From Squalus acanthias (taxonomy: Eukaryota), in assembly GCA_030390025.1 (NCBI GenBank), contig CM059453.1, positions 6,572,001 through 6,636,000 of the forward strand: a DNA stretch of 64,000 bases, read 5' to 3'. The notes under the pieces are model-generated. The model was not told the origin of the DNA. It searched no databases and worked only from the letters and a program-made list of their open reading frames with translations. The translations under genes and the position numbers were made by a program. Below are positions 24,564 to 37,400 of this stretch, in pieces (the stretch's first letter is position 1; the number at the start of each line of letters is the position of its first letter).

Positions 24564-26469
24564 TGTACAGAGTTTTAATGTATTTTAGTGTTTTACTCTT
24601 TGGTAGTTTTAGGATTTTTAAGAATTAAGGATTTTAGTGAGTAAGTTTGAAAGTTTCTCGAGAATCGATCACCTACCCAGACAGAGAACCTTCTCGGGAC
24701 ATGGCTGTCTGTTTTTTGTGTCCCTGCAGAAAGGAAATCGGCAGGGAAAGGATAAAGTGCTCCGGTCCCGACATGAGAAAGCATGGGATCAGCATTGCAA
24801 TAACGCCTATGACCAAGTTTAGGGCGAGCCTTATTTGTTTTTATTAAAATGAATAAAATTTGTGATCGTGTATCATTTTACTATGTATATACTACAGTTT
24901 TCCAAGGAGTGTATGGGTGTTGGACGCCCTCCGTGCTTGGATGTGTATGAATTATTGATTCTTACCAGTATGTACCTGAAACACCACATTTAAAGTGGAA
25001 TGTATGTTTTGGTTTTCAGTTTAGGTAATACAGGTGAAGGTTGACTTTCAGGGATCAGGAATTTTGTCCAACCAGGACGATACTGTAGTGAAGGAAAAGT
25101 ATCCAAGGGGGCACTGTAAGTTTTCCAAAATTTGCAGATCCGCAAAACCCACGGAAAAAGAACTTTGGAACTACCCCACAGTGATAAAAATGCATTTGGG
25201 CCGAACATAAGGAATTTAAGACCAAAAACCAAGTTTTGGCACTTTAAAATCATGTCTGGGCCTGTAAAGGGAGAAAAGGCTTTGAAGGAATTTGAGGTCA
25301 AAACCTCAGTTTTGGACATTTCTAAGGATCAGGGAAGAAAAGCCCTGAGGAAAAATGACTTTGAATGAAACCCTGCAGTCACAGAAACAATACAGGCTGC
25401 GGGCAGGGGGTGGTGAGGCAGTGGATAGCTTTTGGGTATTGGGGCCCAGTCAAGCAGTCTGGAAGATGTTTGCACTGCAATCCAACCAAGGCGGATGAGC
25501 CTCATCCAAAACCTCAGAAACACATTCAAAAATGAATAATCCAAGACCCCTTTTGCATTCCCCAGGCCCAAACAGGATGCTAGAAGCCTGAAAACAATCG
25601 GAAGCCATCAGGACAAGTTAACACCAAGTTAAAATCATAAAACTTAACGAACACCGCCAAAACCTAAGACAATAGAATGAAAAGGCCTCAACTGAAACCT
25701 AAATCACATCAACACGCAACCGATTTAGTAAAGCGTTTTTTTGCGAAAAACACAATAAGGCCAATTCAATTTAGTATAATTGAAGGCCAATCAAACAGTT
25801 ACAGTTCAAGTTCAACAGAAGGCAGTTCTTCAGTTCAATTAAAAAGCCTGTTTTCAGCAAGAAGTCAAGGCTGGAGTTACAGAGTTAAGGACAAGCAGGC
25901 AGAAGGCAGTTTCCACAGTTCTGCAAGAAGGCAGTTCCACAGCTCGGAAGACGACAGTTTAAACAGAGGCAGAGTTACAGCAACAAGTTCAACAAAAGTG
26001 GCCAACAACTTCACAAGCAGACCGACACGCCAGAAGAAACCAGAGCGACTGCCTCAGCGACCATCGGACACCTCGCGGCAACAAGTGCCTTCCGAAACCT
26101 TTTACTCAAAAGACTCTAAACCCTAACTCTCAACTGTCAAGGATTCGTTTGGTAAGCATTATCCCTAATTCTCCAGAGTCCAACTTAACTAGTGAAGTGG
26201 GATTGGGAGGGGTGAAGTATTCTTCGAATGCTAATCCCCTCGCCTGTACCGCGTGTTCCCCAACCTGTGTTTAAGTGTTAAGTGTGTTTTAAGTTTGTTA
26301 CCTTTTTCTTTTAATAAAGCCAAAATTCTTTCATCAGAGCCTGTTGGCTGCTGCATCTTTGTTCACAAGCCCTAAATAAGTCCAAGGTGTAGAACCAGGG
26401 GCGACGGAGTGATTCGAACCGCTCACTGAGTCAGAGGTGAGGCTGATCCCTACCACAAAACCCCCTACT
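24564..26469 (+). repeat. 3' LTR (~1.9 kb)
   Basis: Starts TGTA after the PPT, ends ccccctac(t); its distal ~1.15 kb matches the 5' LTR. Confidence 0.82.
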
Positions 26470-27894
26470 GAGGTGATTAGGTGGAGAACAGGAGTGGATT
26501 TAATTACAGAATTGATAATAGCGTAAAATGAAAGTAGCAATAATGAGTCCAAAGGGAATCTTCCCTTTAAATGTTCCCTGGGTAAATTTACTTCCTAGAA
26601 AGTGTTTTGAAAGTGGAAGTCGCTGCCACATGGAGTAGTTTAGGTGCATTTCATAGATGAATTTAAGGGGGAGCTAGATAAGCTCAAGAGGGAAAAAAAG
26701 AATATAAGGTTATGCTAATATCGTGAAAAGAAGAGCGGTGGAAGGAGGCTTGTTTGAGCCATGGACCAGTTGGGCAGTGTAGCCTCTTTCGGTGCCGTGA
26801 ACGCAATGTAAATATACACTGTCACTAACACACATAGAGAATCTTCCCACTATAGTAGCACCATCAAGAACACAGAAATCGTGCGCTTAGTATGAAATGA
26901 AATGATATAAACTACACCCGTTGCCAATGACATTGTTGGGTAGGTCAACATGACAACACCCGGGTCCGGTATGACTCTGCCAGTATTGATCAGTGGGACT
27001 GAGTTCAGGTGGTGGAGCGCACTGCCCACAGAATTTCTTTCATTAGCCGGTGGATTTACCCTTTGAACCGAAATGAAAATGACAAACCAATGCACTGGGG
27101 TGTAATCTTCCAGTGCTGGAACTGAAACATTTAGAGCTGCGTCAAGGAACCAGATTGCAAAAATGTTTCATTCAGGCATTACATTTACAAAATGCGGAGA
27201 AAATACAACTTGCCCATTACGCCGATGGATTCCTATCCCTGTCCTCAGTACCTTTGAAACGAGAAAAATTTGCACACCCCCACACGTGCTTTCTGCAGGA
27301 TGCATTCCTAATTCTACCTCTTATCCCTTTCGAATCAATTGTGCACTTTACGAAAAATGCCTACATGTCGCAAAGTCACCTCAGGAAGTGATACCGTCAC
27401 ACAATTTATTAAGTAAATCATCCAAGTTCGCTGGGAAGAGAACTGCTGGGAGCTGGGATTAGACGAACACTTCTCCCAACAACCTCACAACAACAAAGCA
27501 AAAAAAAAAAAATCATGTATCGCCTTTTACGACCTCAAGACATCCCAAATCGCTTTACAGCCAATGAAATACGTTTGAAGTGTGATCACTTTTGTAGTGT
27601 AGAAGCATAGCAATTCATATTGCACGGAGCAAATCCCACATACCAACAGCGTGATAATGTCCAGATAGTCTGTTTAGTGATTTTTGGTTGTGGCAATTAG
27701 GGACGGGCAATATTAACAGGCTACGCCCACCTCCCAGAAACGAATAAACAATAAATTTAAAAAAATATTGACGGTGAGTATTTGTGAGTGGCTGAAAATA
27801 ATTTGGATACAGCGAACAGCTCACCAGAGATTTCTGTTGAATGTTAGTGCTGCATGTTTTTTTCCAATTAGATAGTTGCATTTATGTGTCCTCG

Positions 27895-28582
27895 TACAGG
27901 TAAATCAGAGAGTTAGCAAGCAATTAGGAAGGCAAATGGCATGTTGGCCTTTATTGCAAGGGCTTGGATTACAATGGTAAGGAGGTCTTGCAACAATTGT
28001 GCAGGAATTAGGTGAGACCACATCTGGACTATTGTGCACAGTTTTGGTCTCCCTATCTGAGGAAGGATATACTTACCTTTGAGGCAGTGCAAAGAAGATT
28101 CACTAAATTGATTCCTGGGATGAGAGGGTTGTCCTATGTGGAGAGATTGAGTAGATTGGGCCTATACTTCTGGAATTTAGAAGAATGAGAGATGATCTAA
28201 TTGAAACATATAACGTTTAGAGGGGGATTGACAGGGCAGATGTTGAGAGATTGGACCCCTGACTGGAGAGTCTAGAACTAGGGGGCACAGTCTCAGGATA
28301 AGGGGTCGGCCATTAAAGACTGAGAAAAGGAGACATTTCTTAACTCAGATGACTGAGAATCCTTGGAATTCTCTACTCCAGAGGTCTGTGGATGCTGAAT
28401 CGTTGAATATCTTCAAGGCTGAGATCGATAGAATTTTTAAACTCAAGGGGCATCAAGCGATATGGGGATCAGGCTGTAACATGGAGTTGAGGTCAAAGAT
28501 CAGCCATGGTCTTATTGAATGACAGAGCAGGCTCAAGGGGCCGTATGTCTTACTGCTGCTCTTAATTCTTATGTTCTTATGT
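27895..28582 (+). mobile_element. CR1 3' fragment
   Basis: Degenerate LVRPHLDYCAQFWSP region and a cttatgttcttatg tail. Confidence 0.85.
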
Positions 28583-29339
28583 AATGGAAGTATTTCCTCT
28601 TGTCTCTGTTTTGTAGAGAGTGTAGAAATATTTGGAAAATTCCTTAAAATCTATGTGATGTAAGGGAGCTGCCGATATAGTTGGAAGATTCTCTCTGCAT
28701 TATATTTTGGTGAACAATCTCCTGATCAGCCTTAGTCTTTACACAAATTGCTACACTATTTGGGGCACGTGACTTCTTGTGACTGCAACTTAGTCACCAG
28801 GGCTGCTATTTATTACAGGTGCTATAATTTTCTATGAGGCTTTCATCCTTTTCTATCTCTTCGTTCTATTGACCAATGCTCTTAGCACTCAGTAATCAGA
28901 GCAAAAAGTCATTATTTCCTTTGTCTCACGGAGTAGAATCCAAAGACCAATGAGAACTGCACAAGTTACACTAATTAAATGTGGCCCATTGTCCGCCTAT
29001 CTCTATCATCAATGTTCTTTAATTTTCACAACATTGGCGATTCTTACGGAAGAATGCCAGCCTCATTTATAAAGAGTCATTCAGTTATTAATGGTGAAGA
29101 GGACACAGATAACCCAACACAACTGGTGACTTACAGCATTGACTTCAACTGGCGGCCTACTGAGCGGTCCTGGTGTCCTCTGCAAGAAACAAAACGACGA
29201 AGGGCAGAGGTGGGCACTCGCAGTGGTGATACAGTTGACTAACTCAATAAACTGCCTGATGTTTGTACTGATTATTGGGGTGGAAATTGTTGGAGTCTTC
29301 TCAAGGGCGAAAGCCTCCCAACAGCAAGTAAACTCTGAT

Positions 29340-29741
29340 CTCGCTGTCCTCGGCATCGTACAATGAATCTCAACGTAAGCCCGAGGAAGAGCACCTCATC
29401 ATTCGATTAGGCACTTTACAGCCTTTTGGATTGAACATTGGTTTCAACTGTTTCAGGCTATAAGCCCTGCCACCATTTTGCAGGCTGTTTATGATTCTGC
29501 CATCCCCCTTTGCAATATTTAATCTTTCCTTCCTCCTACCTTAGCACATAATATACATTTAGTTCCTTCCTCCTCTCCCCTCCCCCTTTCCCTGCCTCTG
29601 CACCTGCTTAAAATCTGTTACATGTCTCGCCTCTTCCAGATCTGATGAAAGGTCCCAGACCGGAAACGTTAATACTGTTTCTCTCTCCACGGATGCTGCC
29701 TGGCCTGCTGAGTGCTTCCAGCGTTTTCTGCTGTTATTTCA
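29340..29741 (+). mobile_element. Penelope-like element 3' end
   Basis: RKPEEEHLIIRLGTLQPFGLN (C-terminus of GIY-YIG) plus ctgatgaa...gaaacgttaa...gatgctgcctggcctgctgag terminal motif. Confidence 0.7.
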
Positions 29742-29749
29742 AACTCTGC

Positions 29750-30438
29750 ACCTACCTGGTGCCTCAGCACCTTCGGACTCTTGCGGCCCTGGGCCTGCAG
29801 GCGTACGCCTGCGTAAAGGCCCACCTATCCCAGGAGCGCAGGCGGTTCATAAGCCTCCCTGGGAACAGGTGGGCTAGCCCAAACTTTCAAGATGGTGCTT
29901 TCCCATTATGCTTAAAGAATTCCATTTACGTACAGAATCCCATTAAGCATCTTAGAAATCACATAAAAATCACACTGAAATAAACATAAATCATCTCATG
30001 GTCAAAATTAGTTAAAATACAATTTACTTAAACATTTGAAACAACAATTTATTTTTTGAAAAATAAATTTAAACATTTTCAAGGGCAAAAATAACCTAAC
30101 CTAACTTTAAAGATTTTTGTATAGTTAAATAACTGAAAAACATTTTTTTAAATATATATTTAATCCCTTGCTTGTTAAAGAAAGTGTTACACTTTTTTTT
30201 GCTAGGCGTATGGGTTCCGCGCGGATTCGCTGGGCAGCAGTTGGGCAAATAACATTACACTGTTCAAGCGAATGTTCATTTCCTGCAGATGGGTACGATC
30301 TGAAAAGGACAATTTTGACAGATCGCAAGTTCCGTGTTACAGCCCATGGACATTGCACGCGGAAAATCAGAAATTGCGGGGCCCTTACGGTCGCGTATGC
30401 TGTGTGTATCTAGTCATAAGCCCTGGAATGTCCGGGCC
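29750..30438. mobile_element. MITE-like non-autonomous DNA transposon
   Basis: GC-rich ends with an AT-rich core; shares acagatcgcaagttcc with the copy at ~51357 and a variant at ~54240. Confidence 0.55.
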
Positions 30439-30839
30439 ATTTTATTTGTGTCGCGATTTGAACTAAAGCTTGTGATATTCCAAGGCTAAACCTAGCTAAT
30501 CGTGATAATAGCCGGAGGGAAATTATGGGGGAATCATGTAACGTTTGATCAGGAATGTAGAAAATGTGATATGGATCGGCCGCCTGTTACACGCCTCCAG
30601 GATTGTACCTCACTGATCAGTTTGCAGGACCAGTTGTTTCAATCACCTTAAGCTATTTATTTTCTAGCGCTGTTTGCATTTATGACATAAACCTCACGTC
30701 CGTTTAACACGTCCCAGACCTCATGTCAAAATTTGCAACAAAAAATGTACTGTGCAAATAGAGATGAATTTTGGTTAATTTGGATAATTTAGAGAGCGTG
30801 TCCGTGAATGTAAAGTGTTAATTCAATTGGAAAAAAGAC

Positions 30840-31445
30840 TGTTTACCACAGAGTCAAACGGTTTACTGTGAAACAGCTCCGATCTATGACGTCACAGATG
30901 CATGGTGGAGCGCTTGTTAATGAAGGTGTCGAAACCACACGTCTACAGACTGCAGCAAGCTAACTAACTGAAGTTACACCTCTGCAACATTCATCTCGTA
31001 TTAGCTGCCAGAAAGCTGAATGTGTGTGAAATGTGAGTCAGAGGCGCCTGCAAGCGTGTATGTTGCGAATCTGTCGTAGACTTCAATTATTAATATCATA
31101 AATAACAGTGCATGTGTGTGTTTGTGCGTGAAAGAGTGAGATGTTCTTTCTGTAGTAAGTATTCTTCAGCAACTGTTAGACATGCTATAACATCATATTT
31201 AGTAACAGTCGGTCACATGCAGCCCATGTACATGATGTGCTGGCTGCCGACCTCACCAACGGAGCTGAGGGAGTGAGCACTGTTCCGACAGATCGTTAGG
31301 AACCGAATCGGACTTCCCCGAAATTCTGATGCTGATTAGCAAAGAAATCCAAGATGTGACTGGAAAGAAGAATGCAAAAACCTAAATGGTCTTAATTTTG
31401 AACCAGGTTCCTCATTTTCAGAGTAAAATCGGCAGCTTTTCCAGC
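30840..31445 (+). promoter_or_regulatory. Candidate promoter/5' region of the Siglec-like gene
   Basis: RUNX-like accaca (30845, 30934), CRE tgacgtca (30887), AP-1 tgagtca (31034), PU.1-like acttcccc (~31312). Short motifs only; TSS not defined. Confidence 0.3.
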
Positions 31446-31446
31446 C

Positions 31447-31489
31447 ATGAGCACTTGCATGTTGTTTTCTCTCATGATATTGACCGAAG
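31447..31489 (+). CDS. Coding exon 1: signal peptide MSTCMLFSLMILTE
   Basis: gccATGA context, hydrophobic core, phase-1 donor G|gtacat; joins exon 2 as E-A-F-C-S. Confidence 0.75.
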
Positions 31490-34400
31490 GTACATTTCTT
31501 CCGTTTTTACTAATTTCTAAAACAGCTGATTTATATCTGGTGGGAAAAGAACAGGACAGTACCTAATATAATTGTTTTTAATTGATTCTAGCATTGATGA
31601 GTTGGTATTCCATAAGTGTTTTATTGCATGTGATTGCCTATTCAAACAATATTTAAATATAGGGTTTTTCAAGTTATATTTAAGAAGAATTGTAATGCAC
31701 ATTTAATAGCATGCTAATTCATATTGATTGCGTAATTCAAGGGAGAATCAATAGAAGTGTAAAGTTCATTCTAATTAATGTTAATTTTAATTTATATTTA
31801 ACGAAGATTTTATAGGGCATTCACTTGCTTTTTAGTGGATATGTGTTCGATTTTTAGATGAGTATTAAATATGCATATTATTTGTTCATAAAACTACTAT
31901 CAAATATATATTCCAATGGACATGTCAATAGTTTTTGCGATTGGTATTTAGTCAGTATTCTACTTGATTTTGAATAGTCTTTAACTGATATTTAAATTGC
32001 TAATGTGCTGGGTGGTTTTTAATCAATCAACAAGCAATTTTATGGATGCTTAAGCAATTGCAATGCTTTTTGAATGGATACTTAAAGGCCGTCTAATCTT
32101 TTACTTTCTCAGCCTTTTGTAGTGTTCAATGTTCTGTGGTGATGCCAAAAGTTGTGTCGGCGGTGTTGGGTTCTTGTGCAGAGATCCCGTGTAAATTTGA
32201 TAACATAGGCTACATCGCCAACCTGAACGGGCGGTGGATAAAGAGGGATCCTGGTCCTGGAACACCCAATGACTCCATTATCTATGATTCGAATGATCCA
32301 TTCAGGCAGCATTATAATTTTAGTGGCAGAGCTGAGTTCAAGGGCAACCTTGAAAAAAGACAATGCTCCCTCCTGATAAAGGATATCCGAAAGAGTGATG
32401 AGGGTGCATATCAGTTCATCACAGCCATCAGCTCGGGCAGAAATTCTATAACACATCGCATTGCCCGTTCTGAAGTCTTTCTGTCTGTTTTAGGTGAGTT
32501 TGCCATTTATTGTTCTTGTACATTTTTATTCCATTGTTTTAGTATGAATTAACATAGAGTCATAGAGTTATAACGGCACAGAGGGAGGTTATTCGGCACA
32601 TCGAGTGCGTGCCGGGTCTTTTTAGAGCAATCGAGTCAGTCCCATTTCCCCGTTCTATCCCCGTAGCACTGCAAGTTTATTTCACTCAAGTGCCTATCCA
32701 GTCTCCCCTTGAAAACATTGAGTGTCTCCGCTTCCACCACTTCCGTCGGCAGCAAGTTCCAGGACCTCACCACTCGCTGCGTTAAAACGTTTTTACTCAC
32801 ATTCCCCCTGTATCTCTTGGCCAAAACCTTAATCTCTGTTTCCTGGTCCTTGTACCATCAACTACTGGTAACAGCCTTTCCCCGTCTGGCCTATCTAAAC
32901 CCGTCATAATATTGTACAACTCTATCAAATCACCCCTCAACCTCCTTTGCTCGAATGAAAACTAATCCAGATTCTCTAACCTGTCCTATTAGTTAAGATC
33001 CCCCATCTGCCGGAACCATTCTGGTAAATCTCCTCTTCACGCTCTCCAGGGCCTTCACATCCTATTTGTAAAGTGGGCAATTTTTTTGATTTCTCTGGCC
33101 GAACATTAAGGTTAGTGGAAACATAGCGGGCAGGGGTACTGATAAGAGACGCAAGCATTCATATATTAAACACAGAGGTATATTGAAATTACAGCAGTAA
33201 ATCAAGCCGTTCGGCCCAGACAGCCCGTGTTGCTGTTTGTCCTTCACATGAGCAACACTCCGAATAGCATGTGACTGCTCAGTTCCCACATCCCTTTATT
33301 GCAATTCCCGTCCAACAACTGTCGAGCCTATTCTGAAATGTCCACATGAGGATAGATTTACTAAGTGTTGACTGTACCTAAAGCTGACATTGTTGATCGT
33401 ACTTATAATACATAAACCAGCAGCTCATTAGTTGCAATGAAATGAAAGGTAATGGAACTAGGTTGGTTGCTAGAATGGGTGACTTTTCTGGAATGACAGT
33501 TTTAACCAGGGCGGCCATTTCAAATTCTATCTCAGTCTGCTTCTTTCTCCTCTGTCCCGATGCTTAAAAAGTTTAAGCACTTCTGTCAAATCTTCCCAAA
33601 ATCTGTTTTAGCCTAATAAAATCTGCCTCAATTTTTAAATAATTTCTTGCTAATTGTACTTCATCATACCAGACGGAAACTACGCGAATCAACCCTGTAG
33701 CCTTCCTATAGACTGGCGCCCAATACCCGTATTCTTACTCCAACAGTGAACTAACTACTGTTCTCTTTTGAATCGCCACTAATCTCGAATTTATATTACA
33801 GATCTCCTGCCATTAAACTCAGAGCTCCAGAAACATTTTCATACACTTTTCCACTGGAGGTGCTGCTTTTACTGTCTTATGAACCTGACCCCAAATTCCT
33901 CTGCTCTTCCACATCTCCCAGCTTCCTACGGTCCAAATTAACATCTGACACCTCATATTTTCTGAACTTGAATTATATCTGCCTCTTATGTCCCCATTCT
34001 ACAATATCTCTAGTATCCGTTTGTAACTCCCTTTAGTTCTCTAGTTATTTCCTGGGAGTTGTACTTGCAACTTTGTCATGGTTGTCAAACTGGCGATATT
34101 GGATGCGCCTCTCATTGTACACACTGCCCAATTTTCATTTTGTTGGAATCTAATTAACTCGTAACGGGAAATTTGGATATCAGTCTCTTTAGCGCCTTCT
34201 CCAAATTATTTTCTCCAAAAAAATGTAAAATGTTTAAAGTTTATGGTTTTCCATACAAACTGCAGCATTTGACACATTAGACCCCCTCTAACCCCTCCTC
34301 ATTGTTTCAGTTGAATCTTGCTATGTCTTTGATGTGGTGCCTTCCTGGCTGACCTGATTGTTTCTCTGCCGAGGTGTTGCAAAAGGCAGTCAGGAGCATT

Positions 34401-37400
34401 AAATGTAATCTTCTGACATTGTACGCTACACAAGCATTGTTGTCTATCTATATATGCTTTGTCGATTCGTATTCCTTTACTTCACCTGACGAAGGTGCAG
34501 CAGCTCCGAAAGCTTGTGATTTCAAATAAAACTGCAATGGCTATAACCTGGTGTTGTGCGACTTCTCACCAATGCCCACCCCATTCCAACAACGGCATCT
34601 CCGCATCATGGCAAATTGTTGATGCACACAGTGAGTAAAAGCAATCCCACAGCACAGCTCTGTGGGACACCGTACTCAGATCCAACCATTCTGAGCAACT
34701 GCACTTAACGGCGACTGACTGCATCGTCCCTTCTAAACAGTTTATTTTGCAATTTCGACATTATCCTTAATTCCAAATATCTTAATATATTCTCCAATAA
34801 TCTCCCTGTGTTTACCGTCGACAATGGCTGGCTGATTACATTTCAAGTTACATTTTGCTGAAGCGTCTTTTGACGTCGCCAGGAGTCAAATGGCGCTGAA
34901 TTAATGCAGTCTTTGTTCGTGCCTTTCCCTATCCAGCGCTCATTTACCCCGCTTTTAATAAGATCTTAATTAAAAAGTAGATATTTCAGTAATGTGAAAA
35001 TCAGTTCAAGTTATAATTTATTTGTTCTTTCTAATCCATCGTCAACAAATGATAGTTCTGCTGAAGCCTTCATGAGATTCATACGCGAGGAAACTGCCCT
35101 TTGTCTGGTCTGTCCCTTTCTTGAGCATTGTCGTTCTCCATTGACGTTTATTGGCAACAGAATCGAGATCTCTCTGGGTCTGCATTAGTCACCATCATAT
35201 TGGCAGGTACTCGTGCAGAAGGAATCATAAGAGTGGATGAAATATTCGTGACATTTGAGGAGTTAACGTTGATTCTATGTCCAGCCTGCAAAATCTGTTC
35301 ATTGGAGAATATCCGTGATACATAAAATTTAGGAGACATAACGACTAATGTTTAATTAAGTGGGGCCACATGTTACCTGATGAGGCCTCATACTAAATTA
35401 CAACTGCGAGGAGTAATTCAGAATGGAGAACACACTTGCAACATGTAGCAGAGAAAAATAAAAAAAAAATGATTTTCTTGTTTCTTCTTTCTCAGATTTA
35501 GTTGTAAGCCATCAGTCGCCCGTTTTAACATTGAAATGTACCTAACAAGCTGGTTTTCTCCCATTTTTATAGAAAAGCCAGAGATTTTAGGTTATGGGGA
35601 ATTGACCGCTGGACAAACTGCACGAATGACCTGTTCTGTCACACACAACTGCCCGGATGGCAACCTGAAACTGAAGTGGATTAATTACAATGTGTCCCTT
35701 CCTCCCGCAATGGATACTCAAGATGGAGCAGAAATTAGCAATGAAAGTTCAGGTTCTCGGACAGTTTCATCCGTGATCATCTTCACACCATCATCTGCTA
35801 ATGACGGGAATATTCTGGGATGCACAATTCTAATTGATGGTATCACAACTCCATCAGCACAATATTTTACCTTGGAGATTAAATGTAAGTCATAGAGTCA
35901 TAGAGTTATACAGCACATAAACAGGCTCTCCGGCCTATCGTGTCCACGCCGGCCATCAAGCCTTGTCTATTGTAATCCCATTTTCCAGCACTCGGACCGT
36001 AGCCTTGTATGCTATGGCGTTTCAAGTGCACATCTAAATGCTTCTTGAATTTTGTGAGGGTTCCTGCTTCTACGATCCTTTCAGGCAGTGAGTTCCAGAT
36101 TCCAACCACACTTTGGGTGAAATTTTTTTTCCTCAAATCCGCTCTAAACCTACTGCCCCTTACCTTGAGACTATGCCCCCTGGTTATTGACCCCTCTACT
36201 AAGGGGAAAAGATCCTTTCTATCGACCCTATCTATGACAAACATAATTTTGTACACCTCAATCAGGTCACCACGCAGCCTTCTATTCTCTAGGGAAAACA
36301 ACCCCAGCCTGTCCAGTCTCTCATCATAGCTGAAGCGCTCCAGCCCAGGTAACATCCTGGTGAATCTCCTCTGCACTCTCTCCAATGCAATCACATCCTT
36401 CGTCTAGTGTGGCGACAAGAACTGCTCACAGTATTTCAGCTGTGGCCTAACTAACGTTTTGTTTAGCTCCATCATATCCTCCCTGCTGTTATATTCTATG
36501 CCTCGGCTAATGAAGTCAACATTTCCATATGTCTTTTTAACGACCTTATCTACCTGTCCTGTTGCCATCAGGGATATATATACATGCACACCAAGGTCCC
36601 TCTGATCCTCTGTCCTTCCGAGGGTCTTACCACTCATTGTGTATTCCCTTGCCTTAATAGTCCTCTAAAAATGGATGTCTTGCTGCAGCTGTACAGGGCC
36701 TTGGTGAGGCCACATCTTAAGTACTGTGTGCAGTTTTGGTCGCCTTATCTGAGGAAGGATGTTCTTGCCATGGAGGGAGTGCACCGAAGATTCACCAGGC
36801 TGATACCTGGGATGGCAGGAATCTCGTATGAGGAGAGATTGGGTCGATTGGGCTGAAACTCGCTGGAGTTTAGATGAATGAGAGGGGAACTTATATAAAC
36901 TTCTAAAATTCTAACAGGACTAGACAGACTAGATGCAGGAAGGATGTTCCCGATGGCCGGGGAGTCCAGAACCACGGGTCAGAGTCTAAGGATATGGGGT
37001 GAGCCATTTAGGACTGAGATGAGGAGGAATTTCTTCACCCAGAGAGTGGTGAACCTGTGGAATTCTCTACCACAGAAGGCAGTAGAGGCCAATTCATTAA
37101 ATATATTCAAGAAGGAGTTAGATATATTTCTTCAAGCTAAAGGGATCGAGGTATATGGAGAGAAGGCAGGGACAGGATACTGAATTTGGACGATCAGCCA
37201 TAATCTCATTGAATGGCGAAGCAGGCTCGAGGGGCTGAATGTCCTCCTCCTGCTCCTATCTTCTATGTTTCTATGTTTCTAAATGCATCACCCCACACTT
37301 TTCAGGGTTACATTCCTTTTGCCACTGTTGTGCTCATCTAACCATCCCTTCTATACCGTCCTGTCGCCTGAGGCTTCCCTCCCCGCTCCACCAATTTTCG

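Larger units (their letters stand above)
20837..26469 (+). mobile_element. Non-autonomous LTR retroelement (Gypsy- or ERV-like), gag only
   Basis: Direct repeats at 20837-21900 and 24564-~26469; tRNA-like PBS at 21904; PPT before 24564; imperfect flanking TSD gaag/gagg; decayed gag inside; no RT or integrase motifs found. Confidence 0.85.

Noticed and set aside
25677-26126. 149-aa ORF in the 3' LTR as an accessory gene
   Set aside because: The frame is not conserved in the 5' LTR copy and arises from low-complexity cagtt/agaaggcag sub-repeats.
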